From NCBI GenBank assembly GCA_965112735.1, contig OZ218964.1, positions 248,001 through 312,000 on the forward strand: a DNA stretch of 64,000 bases, read 5' to 3'. The DNA is from Phaeosaccion multiseriatum (lineage: Eukaryota; Protista; Ochrophyta, other classes). Shown one piece after another: positions 25,595-37,499 of the stretch; positions within the stretch are counted from its first letter, which is position 1, and every line of letters begins with the position of its first letter. Under the pieces are notes generated by a model, which saw only the letters and a list, made by a program, of their open reading frames with translations, was not told the origin of the DNA and searched no databases. Made by a program: the position numbers and the translations under genes.

Positions 25595-28244
25595 TGTCCT
25601 CTCTCTCTCCTCTCTGCCGGCTCATAATCAACTACCGGGAGCAGCTTCTTCTGGAATCGCCAGCTAGTGGGCGGCTTGCTCGACTGTGGCGCGGACGAGT
25701 GGATCACCCCCGTCATGTCGGCCTTCGTGGCTGTCCGGCCCGGATGCGAGGTGTCAGGTCGCTTCTTCACATACATGTTGGTCAGTCGGAGGAGCTGCTT
25801 CCGCCAGGGATGCCGCTTCTTGAAGAGGGGCATCGACGAGAAAGGGAACGTCGCCAACTTTGTGGAGACCGAACAGGTGAGGATAAGGGTGAGGGTCAGG
25901 GTGAGGGTCAGGGTGAGGGGCTCCGTGTGCTATCCCTTGCAGCCTTGTCTGCTCTCCTTAACGGCTCCGTTCGGAAGCCTCTGATGTATACCTCCTCCCT
26001 TCCGTCCACTGTCATCCCCATGGCCTCTGACCCTGCGTAGGTGCTTCTCTTCGCGGAAGGACACGTGACTGCCCATGTCCAGGTTCGAGCGAGATAGGGA
26101 GGGGGGTTGAGAGTAAGGGGAAGAGGGGGGGGAGAGAGCAAGAGAGAAAGAGAGAAGCGGCCGCGGAAATTAGAGAGACAGAGAGAGAGCAGAGGGGTGA
26201 GAGAGACGCAGAAAGAGGCAGTGAGAGAAGGGGGGCGGGGATACATCCAATGGTTTGATCGATGTACGGTTCGGCGTGGAGGGTGCTCATGCGATAATGG
26301 TGCTGCTGCAGCATGTCACATCTGTGGAAGTGTCCCACCGCTCCTCTCTCCCTCTCTCTCAGCATGTTTGGATGGGTATGTGTATGGCACCCTCTCCCTC
26401 CTCGCTGCCTGCGTGACTCGTTGCTCCCCCTCTATCGCTCCAGGTGCGCGGCTCCATCCCTGTGTTCTGGAGCTCTCCGGCGACAATGAAGTACGCACCC
26501 GCCGTTGTGCTTGACACTCACGCGGGGAAGGTGAGCAGAGGCGATCGATACTCACTCGTGGCCTGTTCATATCTCTCACGTGTCGTCCTGTCCCACTCGC
26601 TCGCTGCCTTCCCCGCCCCGCCAGAGCTCGACGGCCTTTCAGAGGCACTGTCGGCAGCTCCTGTCCATCTACGGCCGACGGGGCGTGGTGTGCATCAATC
26701 TCATAGACCGCAAGAAGGATCAGCGAAGGCTGGGGGAGGCGTACGAGCAGGTGGTGGAGCAAATGCGGTGAGTGTGTGGAGGGAGGGAGGGAGGGAGGGA
26801 GGGAGGGAGGGAGGGGAGGGGAGCGAGGGAAGGAGGGGGTGAATGAGTGAGTGCTGCTCTAGACTCGTTGAGCGAGGAGGCAGGGGGGCAGGCAGATGGG
26901 CAAGAGGCAAGCAGGCATATGGGCAGGGGGGGGGGGGACGGAGGGCGTGATGCGAAAGGAGGGGCGACTACAGCTGAGAAAATGAGAAATCGGGCGGTTT
27001 CAGAGGGAAGAGAGGTGTAAATGCTTATTTGTACGTCGTGCTCCACAAGAGTATCGACCGACCTTTGTTTTGTTTGCGACCCGCACAGCGACCCGCACAT
27101 TGTCTTGTTTCTCAATGCAATGTACTACGGTATCTCTACGACACATTGCATACGGCAAATACCAACAACCCCAGGCGCCATAAGTCCAGCACTTGGGGTG
27201 GATATTCGCCCCCAGGAGCAGGAGCAGGAGGTGGAGGAGCAGGAGGAGGGGAGGGGCGCTCGGGCTCGGCTGCGGACCACCAACCCGTGAAGCTAGTGTG
27301 GTTCGACTTCCACCACGAGTGTCGCAAGATGCGCTGGCACAACCTCAGTAAGCTAGTGAGGCTTGTGGACGAAGACTTTGTCCGCCATGGACACTTCGAA
27401 ATGGATAGGGACGGCAAGGTCATTCGTACGCAGACGGGGGTGCTCCGGACCAACTGTATGGACAACTTGGATCGAACCAATGTGGTGCAGAGCCTCTTCG
27501 CACGGCGGGCCCTTCTCATGCAGCTCGAGCAGGTGGGTGGGGAGGGGAGGGCGTGGGGAAGTCTGGCACGTAGGCACACGGCCCGCGCCTTCGCCTTCGC
27601 CCAGCGCTTCATGAAGTTGTCATTTGTGATTGATTGGAGTCTTGGTTCCGTTGTGTGTGTCCTGCTGCTCTGATCAGACGGAGGCGCTTGAGCTGAACGT
27701 GCTCGAGGCACCCTTCCCGGTATTGGAGAGAGCCTTCAGGGACATTTGGGCGGACCATGCAGATGCGATGAGTCACCTGTACGCGGGCACAGGGGCACTC
27801 AAGACGGTGAGTACGGCAGCAGCATGGCAGAGCACAGAGGACGAGACGACTCTTTCGAAGTATGGAACCTTCCATAGGAGTGGCTGGAACCTTTAAGAGT
27901 GATTGGAAGCGTCGTAAAGAGTGACAGGAACCTGGCTGAAGGGTGATTCGAAGCGTCGTAAAGAGTGACTTGAATCATCTCATCTCTCTCTCTCCATCCA
28001 TGCTTCGACAGGACTTTACACGCACGGGACAGCGCACGCAGCAGGGCATGTTGCAGGACCTCTTGAACTCGTGCAAGCGCTTCTGGATCAACAACTTCCT
28101 CGACGGGCCCCGCCAGGACGGGCTGGACCTGCTCTTGGGCAGGTACACGCCCGACGGGGGACAACACGCAGCCTCACCCTTTACACAGCTCAAGGCCGGC
28201 CAGGTAGGGGGAGGGAGGGGGAGATATGGCCAGTATGGTGTGCA

Positions 28245-28284
<40 letters not shown>

Positions 28285-29236
28285 TGTGTCTGTGTCTGCA
28301 GGCGCGGTGTACAGAGCTAGCTCCTCGCTCACCCTCACGCTCAGCCCCGATACTGAGCCTGAGCCTGGCCTGTTGATGGCCCTTGGCCGGAAGGACTTTT
28401 CTTCCAAACGTGTACGATGTCTTACTGTATCAGCGCACATACGATGGCGCCGAAGTCAATCAAAAGTTTGGACACCCTCCCTCCAGGGGAGCACCCAAGC
28501 GCTGCTGTTCGCTGACTTGCTGCTGCTGCTGCTGCTGCTGCTGTTCCCCACTCACCCCTTTCACTACCTCTGCCTTCACCGTCGTCCCCCTTGCGCCTTC
28601 GCGTCCTCCTTCCGCGCCTCCCGTCCTGCCTGAATGATTGTACCCAATGAATGTACCTACCTGTGTTGGCAGGAGCCTCTTCGATCGCTTGTGGCGATGT
28701 CGTACGCCCTGCTCATGCTTCTCTTCGCCCTTCTGAGCTTCCTGAAACCGAGTGGGACGGGCGGCAACTCTGTGACCTCCAACCTCGGCCTTGCCCTCAC
28801 CACCACCGCCGCCCTCCTCGTGGTACGTACTAGCTGGATGATGCCACACACGCACCCACACCCACACCCCCCAGCGGCAGTCCCTACTCCCTGAGTAGTT
28901 GCTGAGCTTTGAGTCCCTCTGGTCACGGCTGTGGTTGTGTGTTGGCCTCACTACAGTTCACTACAGTTCACTACAGTAACATGCACTGCCATCCTATTGT
29001 GTTCCACTTGGAAGTGTTGGCGACTCCATTCCAATATCCTCAACCTGTACCTCCCCCTCTACTCGTTTGCTGACTTACTGGCTTGCTTGCTTGTGTGCTT
29101 CTTTTTGTCTTATTCCGGCTCATACCCCCCCCCCCCCTAGGCCATCCTGTGGCAGATGCTCACCAAGGGAAAACTCGGGAGGCACCTCGTTGTGCGGCCC
29201 TGTCTCTGTAAGGACGACTCAGTCACGCCTTTGTAA
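24525..29236 (+). CDS. SAC1: SAC1-family phosphoinositide phosphatase with C-terminal transmembrane segments, multi-exon
   Basis: ADDxFFWN, SRRSCFRQGCRFLKRGIDEKGNVANFVETEQ, RGSIPVFWS, WFDFHHECRKMRW, RTNCMDNLDRTNVVQS, YAGTGALK, DFTRTGQRT, hydrophobic C-terminus. Confidence 0.95.
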
Positions 29237-29765
29237 GGACGACCGCTGAGGCCTCCTGCCTCTTGTCTGCAGTACGGACGGCTGATACTGACACAGCGAC
29301 TGACAGGGTGACTGATGCTGACAGGAAGGTGACTGATTTGCCTCCCTGCCTCTGAAGGAATGATTCGCGACTGAAGCGATGGGGGCTCTACACAACCCCT
29401 CGCTTAACGAAAGCAGATATGGAGCTCTACTCCACTCGTATGGCGCTACGCTCTTGTGTCCGTCTTTCCTTTCATTAGTCCCTTACTGCCTGTGTCTGCC
29501 ACAAGAGGAAGCCCCCCTTGTTTGCGTGGGATGCTCATACGCCACCCTTGGCTGGCCACAGCCATCGATGGGCCGCCCGTGTCGCTTTCTGGGCGGGGGC
29601 GAAAAGAAAACAAGTCACTCTGGTGAAGGACTAAGTGTGTGTATGGCGTGTGTGGTGTGCTCCCTTTCTTGTGCGAGGCTCGCGACTCATGCACATCGCT
29701 CACTCAAGCTCTGCGTTTTGCTCCATCACCGCGACGGTACTACCTCCCCTCCTGCCACCACGCCC

Positions 29766-30816
29766 TCAGTACGGCCTACCCCCCCCCCCGCCGCGCCTCT
29801 CGTAAGCCCCCCTGCCGCGACCTCTGTAGGGCTCCCAGCCGCCACGCCCCCAGTAAGGCCACCCACGCCCGCTGTAGGGACCCCTGCGGCCGCGCCCTCT
29901 GTAAGGCCACCCGCGCCCCCTGTAGTACGGCCTTCCCCTTCCGCGCCCTCTGTAGTACGGCCTTCCCCTTCCGCGCCCTCTGTAGTACGGCCTTCCCCTT
30001 CCGCGCCCTCTGTAGTACGGCCTTCCCCTTCCGCGCCCTCCGTAATAAGGCCTTGCCCTCTCGCGCCCTCCGTAGGGCCTCCCGCGGCCTCCGCCGCGCC
30101 CTTGGTAAGGCCTCCCACCGCCGCGGCCTAGAGAGGCAAACAAGTGAATGGGTCGGGTGGGGAGCGAGCAGCGTCAGGGTCGTAATCCGCGGGCCAAACA
30201 AAGGCGCCAGAGGCATGCCGATCGACTCACTAATCTCCGCATCGTTGTTGACGCGACGCCCTCCTTCACCCCTGCTGCTGGGATTGCGGTCTCCACCGCG
30301 GTTTCCTCCACCTGCCGTTGGGACACGCGACTGTCCACCCCTGCTGGGACCGTCGGGGCCTAAGGGGTCCACAAAAAGTCAAATCAGCCGACGAGTAGAG
30401 CAAGCGATGAGGTCGGGTGGGGAAGGAGCAGCATGAGATGTAGCCGCGGGGAAGGCCAATGTCCGACAGGCTTACCTTCGTTGCGGAAGTTGAAGTCTCC
30501 TTCTCCTTCACCGAACGTGGAGGGGCGACGGCCACGGCCTAAGAGTGTCACAGGGCGATCACATCACGAGCGACGACGACAGCAGCAAGCGAAGGCGTCG
30601 ACGGGCAAGGAGCAGACGTACGTCAGATGTGGACATCCATCCATCCGCACGAGCAAATGCTCCATCGATCGCTAGCTCCTCACCATCCTGAAGTTTCCGG
30701 CGGCTTATCACGGCGTGAGGAGAATCTTCGCCCAGGCTGTGGTCTTCCAAAGCGTTGGCCGAGTATATCACGGCCCCCACGAGAATGGATGCGAACAAGA
30801 CCCTCAGTTTCGCCAT
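29766..30816 (-). CDS. Secreted low-complexity protein, most likely with Gly/Arg/Tyr (GRGRPYY) repeats; an alternative frame gives a Thr/Glu/Gly/Ala tail ending at 29726
   Basis: Signal peptide MAKLRVLFASILVGAVIYSANA and an RRKLQ motif. GT-AG exons approx. 30816-30684, 30538-30476, 30359-30230, 30127-29766. Confidence 0.65.
29920..30040. repeat. 30-bp coding tandem repeat, 4 copies with degenerate flanking units
   Basis: CTGTAGTACGGCCTTCCCCTTCCGCGCCCT repeated. Confidence 0.95.
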
Positions 30817-31007
30817 GGTACAAGGCAAGTGTTGTCCTCCCCCCGCATTGGTTGAGAGAGCCCTTTTCGCCACTGTCGTAGTCTGGCAGGGAACGTTCTT
30901 CCTCGGGAGCCTTTTTCAGTCGGGTCCGTCCTGACACTCATACCAATTCCTTCATCTCTCTCTCCCACACAACAGTGCCACTACTGTTAATTAAAAGAAA
31001 TGGAGGG

Positions 31008-32054
31008 TGTTGCACTCCCCTCACCCACCCCTACTTGGGACGCGTAACCAAAACTGCTCAACTCGGCGATAGAGGCACTTTAGGGGGGGGGGGGAGGGCC
31101 CTCTGAGCTGCAAGACACCCTTATGTAAGACCCACATGGCCCTTACGTAAGGAACAGGAGTTTCAGTTTGTTAAGTCGCCACATACTGCACGGCCATAGA
31201 ACTGCAGGAGGCAACGATGCCGGCATTCGACCTTTCTCGACGAGGGCAACACGATGCGCATGTTCGAACTCGCTAAAACAGTAGTTTTGGGTGGATGGGG
31301 GGGACAGAGGGGGGGAGGGTCGCTTGGGTGTCTCTAAAACTGAGGTGTCTCGGAGGTGAGTGACCTCTCTTCGGGGGCACATGCGATTGTCAGCGGGTGC
31401 GAAAGCACGGTGGCGCAGATGCGTCTGACCCGCCGCCCTTACTCTCAAGCATACCCCCTATATTCCGATATTAATCTGTATTCCCACTAGTCCCCCCCGG
31501 GCAGGGCGGGTGGGGAAATAAACTGTCGCTCCTGCTCCTTTGGCTCTGACTGCAGAGCTCTGACCTTGCTGTCCTCTTCGTCGCGACGAGCTCTTCTCCC
31601 CTTGCGACTACTCTGACTGGCACCGCTGCTCTCGCGACGCCTCGTCTTTATCCAACAACAATGACCACACCTATCTGAGTCCTCTTGCCCCCGGTGGTAC
31701 ACCTGTCCTCATACCTCAACCCTTTGTATATGACCTCTCAACTTCTGTCCTTCGGCGCACTTTCCCTATCCCGGGGTATCTTGTCTCCCCCTGCCCGAAA
31801 ACATGTTTATCGAGACTATCGACTCGCAAACTCGCTCTGCTCTATAACGACATTTGTGCTACCTTTAACAACCTATTATCACAACCTTGCGCCCTCCGTG
31901 ATGGTGACATGGGGCGCTCTCGACTCCAAAAAAACGGTTCCATGAAATGGTAATACGCTGTTGAGTGTCTATCGAGTCCTCATCACTGCGTCCCTCGCCG
32001 CCTATGAAACTAAATAAAGACAAGCTGTCTATGCGCAAGCTCTAATGCACAACA
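31008..32054 (+). mobile_element. Possible solo/3' LTR of an LTR retrotransposon
   Basis: Starts TGTTG right after a purine-rich tract (AAAAGAAATGGAGGG), ends CAACA, has AATAAA at 32013-32018 and no credible ORF. No target-site duplication seen. Confidence 0.4.
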
Positions 32055-32064
32055 ACAAGAATGA

Positions 32065-32223
32065 TCAGATCTCGTCTGTCCTGAGGAACAGGGCCAACCC
32101 CCCCCCCGCCCCCCGCGCGATGACGTAGTCCGACGTCACGTCCATGAATGTGAAGCCTGGTTGGACCTGGGGGGTGCAACAGCAGGAGTGGAGGGTTACT
32201 ACTTGGGTGAGGGCGTTCAGAGA

Positions 32224-32269
<46 letters not shown>

Positions 32270-33731
32270 AGGAAGAACACAAGGGCAACACGCACCTTGG
32301 TTTCGCCCTGATTGTAGGGCAAGTTGATGCCGAGAACAGAGACCTGTCCGGGCGATGGACACATGACGCGGACAGGCAGGATGATGTGAGGTGTGGAGGC
32401 TGCGGGTGTATGTCATGCATCTTTCCAGAGGGCTACCCCCCTGCCTGCCTTCCTTCCTTCCTTCCTTCCTTCCTTCAACTCTCCCTCTCCCTCGCCGCGC
32501 GAAGCACTGACCTGATCAAAGGTAAAGTCCAGCCTGCTCTTGGGGTCGTCCCTGCCAAGTGTGTGTGTGCGCGCGCGTGTGTGTGGGGGGGGGGGGGTAG
32601 TGTGCCTTCTGACACTCCATGTACGCTAAGCTGGAGTATGCACAGGTTGAGTTGCAACTCGGCCAGCAGCTTCGTCCCCCCTCTTCGAGCCCCCCCCCCC
32701 CCTCCCGCCTGTCACGAGTTTGCTGAGGCTCCCTTTTCTTACATACTTACTCACTCTCTTACTCTCTTGACCCCCCTCCATCCCCTAAACGCGCGAATGA
32801 AATAAGCACGGCATTGGCTCGAGAATTTGCCGACAAAGGGGCACACGTATGGCATCTCGCCAACGTTCAGCTTACCACGTAAATGAGCCTGCAAACTTGA
32901 TCAGGGGAAAGGACGAGATATACACCCCATTGGTGATCGTGTAGTCCGGCTTGAACACCTGTCGCAGGACACCGCAGACACAAGACAGAGGGGAACAGTG
33001 ATGGGGGGCGACACACACACATGCAAGGACCACACCGCCCCGCTCTTAATTCACTTCCTTTCGCTCCCTCCCTTCCCTTCCTCAGCATGCCCCATACCTA
33101 CCTGGACAGTCTTGATGGGGACGTAGTTGATGCTGCCCCCCACTTTCTTCTGTGTTTTCTTGTCGCCCGTCGTGAACACAAGCCGCCAGTTCCCATTCGT
33201 GGTGAGATCTTTGAATTTGTCTGCTCAACGAGGAGGACAGAGAGACAGGAGGCAGGGCATGAGAAAGAGATGTTAATTGTTTAGCTTTCACTGCTTCCAA
33301 TACCGTGCCGTCTCTTTCTCTCTCATCAGCGCTGTCAGGCTCCTCTCTTTCTCCTTCTCTCTCTCGTCCCCCCCCCCCCCCTCTCTCTCTCTCTCACCTC
33401 CTCCAACCTTCCCCTTCTTGTTCGCCCTCTCCAAGAACCGCATCGCCGACATCACAGCATCGGGTTCTTGATTTCGCTCTCGCGCCGCTCCAACGAGTAC
33501 CGCTCTAGCTTCTTCCTGTGAATTGACCTTCTCTTTTTCGTCTACCTGAGTCGCCGCCAGCGCTACTCCCCGCCTTCTACTACTATTGCTTATGCTGTTA
33601 CTGCGGCTCGTGCTCGGCATACTGCTTGTCCTTCTCAAGCTACTTGGCGGGGAGACCACGAAGGCACAGCAAAGACTGAGGGAGCAGGCAATGCAGGCAA
33701 AAGCCAAAATCCATCCCCCACTTCTCCCCAT
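32065..33731 (-). CDS. Plastid-targeted fibrillin/PAP-like protein, multi-exon
   Basis: Signal peptide ending CCA^F plus a Ser/Arg-rich transit peptide. GNWRLVFTTG, ITNGVYL and C-terminal DYVIARGAGGGLALF resemble fibrillin-fold plastid proteins. Confidence 0.65.
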
Positions 33732-33860
33732 CTTACACGCGACAGAGCTTAGGGCACGCTGCTGTGATCTTCGAGGATTCGCGTGAGGTTGTAATATATA
33801 TTACACCCTTAAGTGCCATCTATGGTTGTCTAAAAGTAATGTCTCACCGCCCCGGGGAAC

Positions 33861-36718
33861 TTAGCCCTCGAGGTCGTGTCCCTCTGACTCATCAGTTCTC
33901 CCCATTGGAACAAAGTTGATACCAGCCAGGATCCTGTGTCGAACCGATCGTTCGTGTCGGGCCCTCTGGAGCGCTACGGCTAATCGTCGCCGAATAACGC
34001 AAACAGCTCTCGCGTAAGCCCTCGTGTCAAGATGTTCGTGCCCCCCAGCCATGTGGGTGGCGAGTGTTTTGATAAACATCTGTGCTGACGGGCCAAATGC
34101 ACCTTGCTGATCCATCCCAAAAGGGACGAGATGATACCTCGTGGGGTCATAGTGGATATCTCCACCCTGGCCCTCCATGCCTCCATGTGGCACACCATAC
34201 CTGGTGCGCTTGGTGGCTTCAGCCTTCTTGGCTGCAGCGAGTGCCTCCTTCGATGCCTTGGCCCGATTGGTAATGTTGGTGGCATCCGTGAGCGTGACGT
34301 CGATCATGAGGGACTTGTGGCCGTCCCCATATTCATGATCGGATGGAAGCTCAAACATCCTGGGGGGAGTCACGATGTCCATCTCCATCTGCTTGGCCAC
34401 GTGGGCGTCACCTCTCACGGCGTTGCTCCCCCCTCTCCCTCGTCGCGGGGTGACCGTTCTTGCCCTCATGAAGAAGGGGAAGCTGGTGTTCTGGACGATC
34501 CCTCTGCCCAGGCCCTCGCTCTTCAGCAGGGCGACAAGTGCCTTCTGCACAGCGTCGTGTTGGGGTGTGCTGAGCCCCGTCTTCGTGCAGGTGATGATGT
34601 GCCCCTCCGTCAGCGCCTTGCTAGGGCACTTATGACAGTCCTTGCTGTAGGTGGGGTCAAAGCCAAGTCTTCGCCGAATGGCACTCTTGTGCTCGGCGTC
34701 GGTGAGGTGGAGTGGTGCTCCCCCTGCCGTCCTGGTCGGCTGAAGGTGGAGCCACGCACCAGCACCTTTCACGCTGTGGCTGAGGGCTCTGGCCAGGTAC
34801 TTCTCCCGTTGAACCTGCTGTGGGATGGCTTTTAGTCGTTCCAAGAAATCCGCCCTCGCCTTCGACGTGAGGAGCTTGGTATAACGCTTCTGGGCGCCTC
34901 GCCGCTCTCCGTGTCGGCTGTGTGGAATGGAGGGTCCTCCCTCGTCCAACATCTTGGTCTCCTCTGACCGCCAGCGTGGCCGGCCGTCCTCATCATCGTC
35001 ATCATCACCGCCTGGTTCCACGTCATGCTCATCCTCAGGGGCTGCGTCACTGCCACCATCTGGGTCTTCGTCACTTTCACCCTGTGGGTCTTCATCACTC
35101 CCCCCCCCTGGGTCTGCCGCGCTATCAGAGGTTGGTCCATCTGCGGTCCCCTGCTGCCCTGCAGCCGCGTCGCACCCTTCCGCACCCACCCCAGGGTGTA
35201 TCCCTGCGGCCCCAACATTATCACCGTCGTCGAAGTCTGCTCCTTCACCCCCAGAGTGTATCACATCCCCCCCGGGGGCATCACTCGCAGCCGGCTGGTC
35301 CCCTCTGCCTCCGACAGGTGTGTGCCCTTCATGCTCTGGGGTGTCGTCTCTCTCCGGGAAGAGCGTGGTGATCAGCCATGGTTCTCTCCATCTGTTGTCA
35401 CTGAGGTGGGAGATGATTGGCGCCGCGCTGTACAGGGATGCTGTGATTGCCCATGGGGGGAGGTCACAGTATGTGGGCCCGAGCGCCCCTGGCAGCAAGC
35501 CTCCCCCCTTGGGGAGGAGAAGGGCCTCCGGTCTGCTGATGTGGCCGTGGGCGAGCAACACAGCCCATCCTCGCGGAAGGGACTTGAGGAAGCGCTCCTG
35601 TTGACTGAGAGCACCTTGGGCTGCGTCTGCCTTGGGCGCGCTGGGGAGTTGGTCAAAGACACGTGCTGCTGTGTGGATGACCCGGATATGGTATCCGTTG
35701 GGTCCCTGCCCACACTGGGACAGGGCCTGTCTGCTCCGCGGTCCCACCTCCCTGAGGGCGAAGGGGAGGGCTTGCATCGCCCCTGCCAGGAAGGCTGCGT
35801 CACAGAGCTCAGCTTGGGGGACGAGTCCCAAGCCCCCATCGCCCACCTTCAGTCTCGCCTGTCTCGCTCGCAGCTCATCACCCATGAGAGGGAGCATCCG
35901 GAAGGTGTCACTGCTCCTCTGAAGTGCCCTCTCCTCTTGCGCTGCCTTGTGCGCCTTGAGGATCGCCGTAACCGAGGTGCGCCCTGGATCCAGGGAATTG
36001 GTTGCTGTGTAGCCCACAAGAGTATCGAAGAGGGTAAGGGTGGGTCGGATGAAGTCCGGCGGGGTTACCCTCATGAGGAAGTTGGCCTTGGGGGTCAGCG
36101 ACCTCACTGCCAGGTACATCGAGCTGGAGGAGTCGTCCATGTGCCCAGCGAGCTCGCAGAGCTGGGGCATCACGCTGGTCATGCCTAGCTGCTCCTCTAT
36201 GTAGCGTTCCACAAAGGCACGCGTGCCAACTGGCGCTCCCACCACTACAGACCCTTCAGTGGCTAGTCGGGTGATGTACCTGGTGCCCCCCTGCGCCCCC
36301 TCCGTCTTCTCAAGCCATGCCCTCTCCTGTGGTGACAGCACCCGCCCCTTCCCCAGTAGCACGACGCACTTGGTGAGATTGAGGGAGAGGCTGACCTCCG
36401 CAAGCCTACGGGCCATGAACTCCTGGCTCTCCAGGTTCGCGCGGTGATAGAGCGGCTCACCGCATGCGCCACTCACTCGCATATCATCCAGGTAGGCGGT
36501 GGCTCGCACTCCAGTGCCCTGCATGAGCCTATTGTGGTCACGCAGGATGGGTAGGAGGAGGACGGCGTACATGAGAGCGCCAATGGGGCAGCCCTGCAGC
36601 GAGCCTTGGGTGGAGCGGAAGCTGGCCACCATGTTGGCCCCCTGTGAGGTTGTCGCTGACTCCTCACAGATCCGGAGCACCAACACACGCACCTTGATGC
36701 CAGAATTCGACCTCGACC
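33861..36718 (-). mobile_element. 5'-truncated non-LTR retrotransposon with RT and restriction-like endonuclease (CRE-like)
   Basis: Uninterrupted, intronless 943-aa frame with QGCPIG and AYLDD RT motifs, GGLGL, CxxC-H-C knuckle (CHKC..HIITC), then MDIV..LMIDVT..AEATKRTRY..LVPFGM..GAFG endonuclease motifs. N-terminal RT motifs are missing. Confidence 0.88.
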
Positions 36719-36726
36719 TTTTTTTT
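36658..36726. repeat. 68-bp direct repeat (61 bp + T run), copy 1; copy 2 at 38836-38903
   Basis: GACTCCTCACAGATCC...GAATTCGACCTCGACCTTTTTTT occurs at both positions (offset 2178). Confidence 0.95.
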
Positions 36727-37499
36727 CACGGCCTTCTCGGTCGGGTACCTCCCCACATTCACAAATGCCCACACAATAGTATTACAATTAGGTAAAAGGG
36801 GGTACTTGCCAGTCGGAAGTTAGAGAGGAGGACGAGTCTTTGCGCACCCGGCACCGCCCCTCTGACGGTGCCGCGCACACTCCAACCCACCCGATTCTCT
36901 ATCTCCCCGCGGTAGATACCAATGGGTACCCCTCGAATATCTCCCCACTGAGTCCACCAGTCCCCCGGGGCGGGTGGGTGGGAGAAGATTCACCGCGTTA
37001 GCTGCTTTCAGGGCAGCGACTCCTATCCTCACTTCCACTCCACCGCACCACACCACGGACCTCTTATGCCACACCCTCAAGTTTCTAAACCTCCCCCTCC
37101 CTTGCCAGTCCGTGAAAAGTCGTTTTCCCACCGGGGTACGAAAACTCCCCTTTCACGGCCTTCTCGGTCGGGTACCTCCCCACATTCACAAATGCCCACA
37201 CAATAGTATTACAATTAGGTAAAAGGGGGTACTTGCCAGTCGGAAGTTAGAGAGGAGGACGAGTCTTTGCGCACCCGGCACCGCCCCTCTGACGGTGCCG
37301 CGCACACTCCAACTCAACTGGAATTCCAGTCCCTCAACTCGTCCCTCCGGCTCGCCTCTCCCCCCCCTCACCTTCCCCTCCCCCCCACTATCCCATTGTA
37401 CTCCGCATCCCCAGTCTTTGTCTGCCCCCGCCTCCTTCACCCCCAAACTCTGGTCCCACGTCCTCGCCCCCCCTACTGTAACAATATCCCCCCTTCGTG

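Noticed and set aside
36658-36726. Pol III ncRNA 3' end (sequence ending in a T run)
   Set aside because: No recognisable tRNA, snRNA, 5S or 7SL sequence, and it reads in frame with the RT on the other strand.
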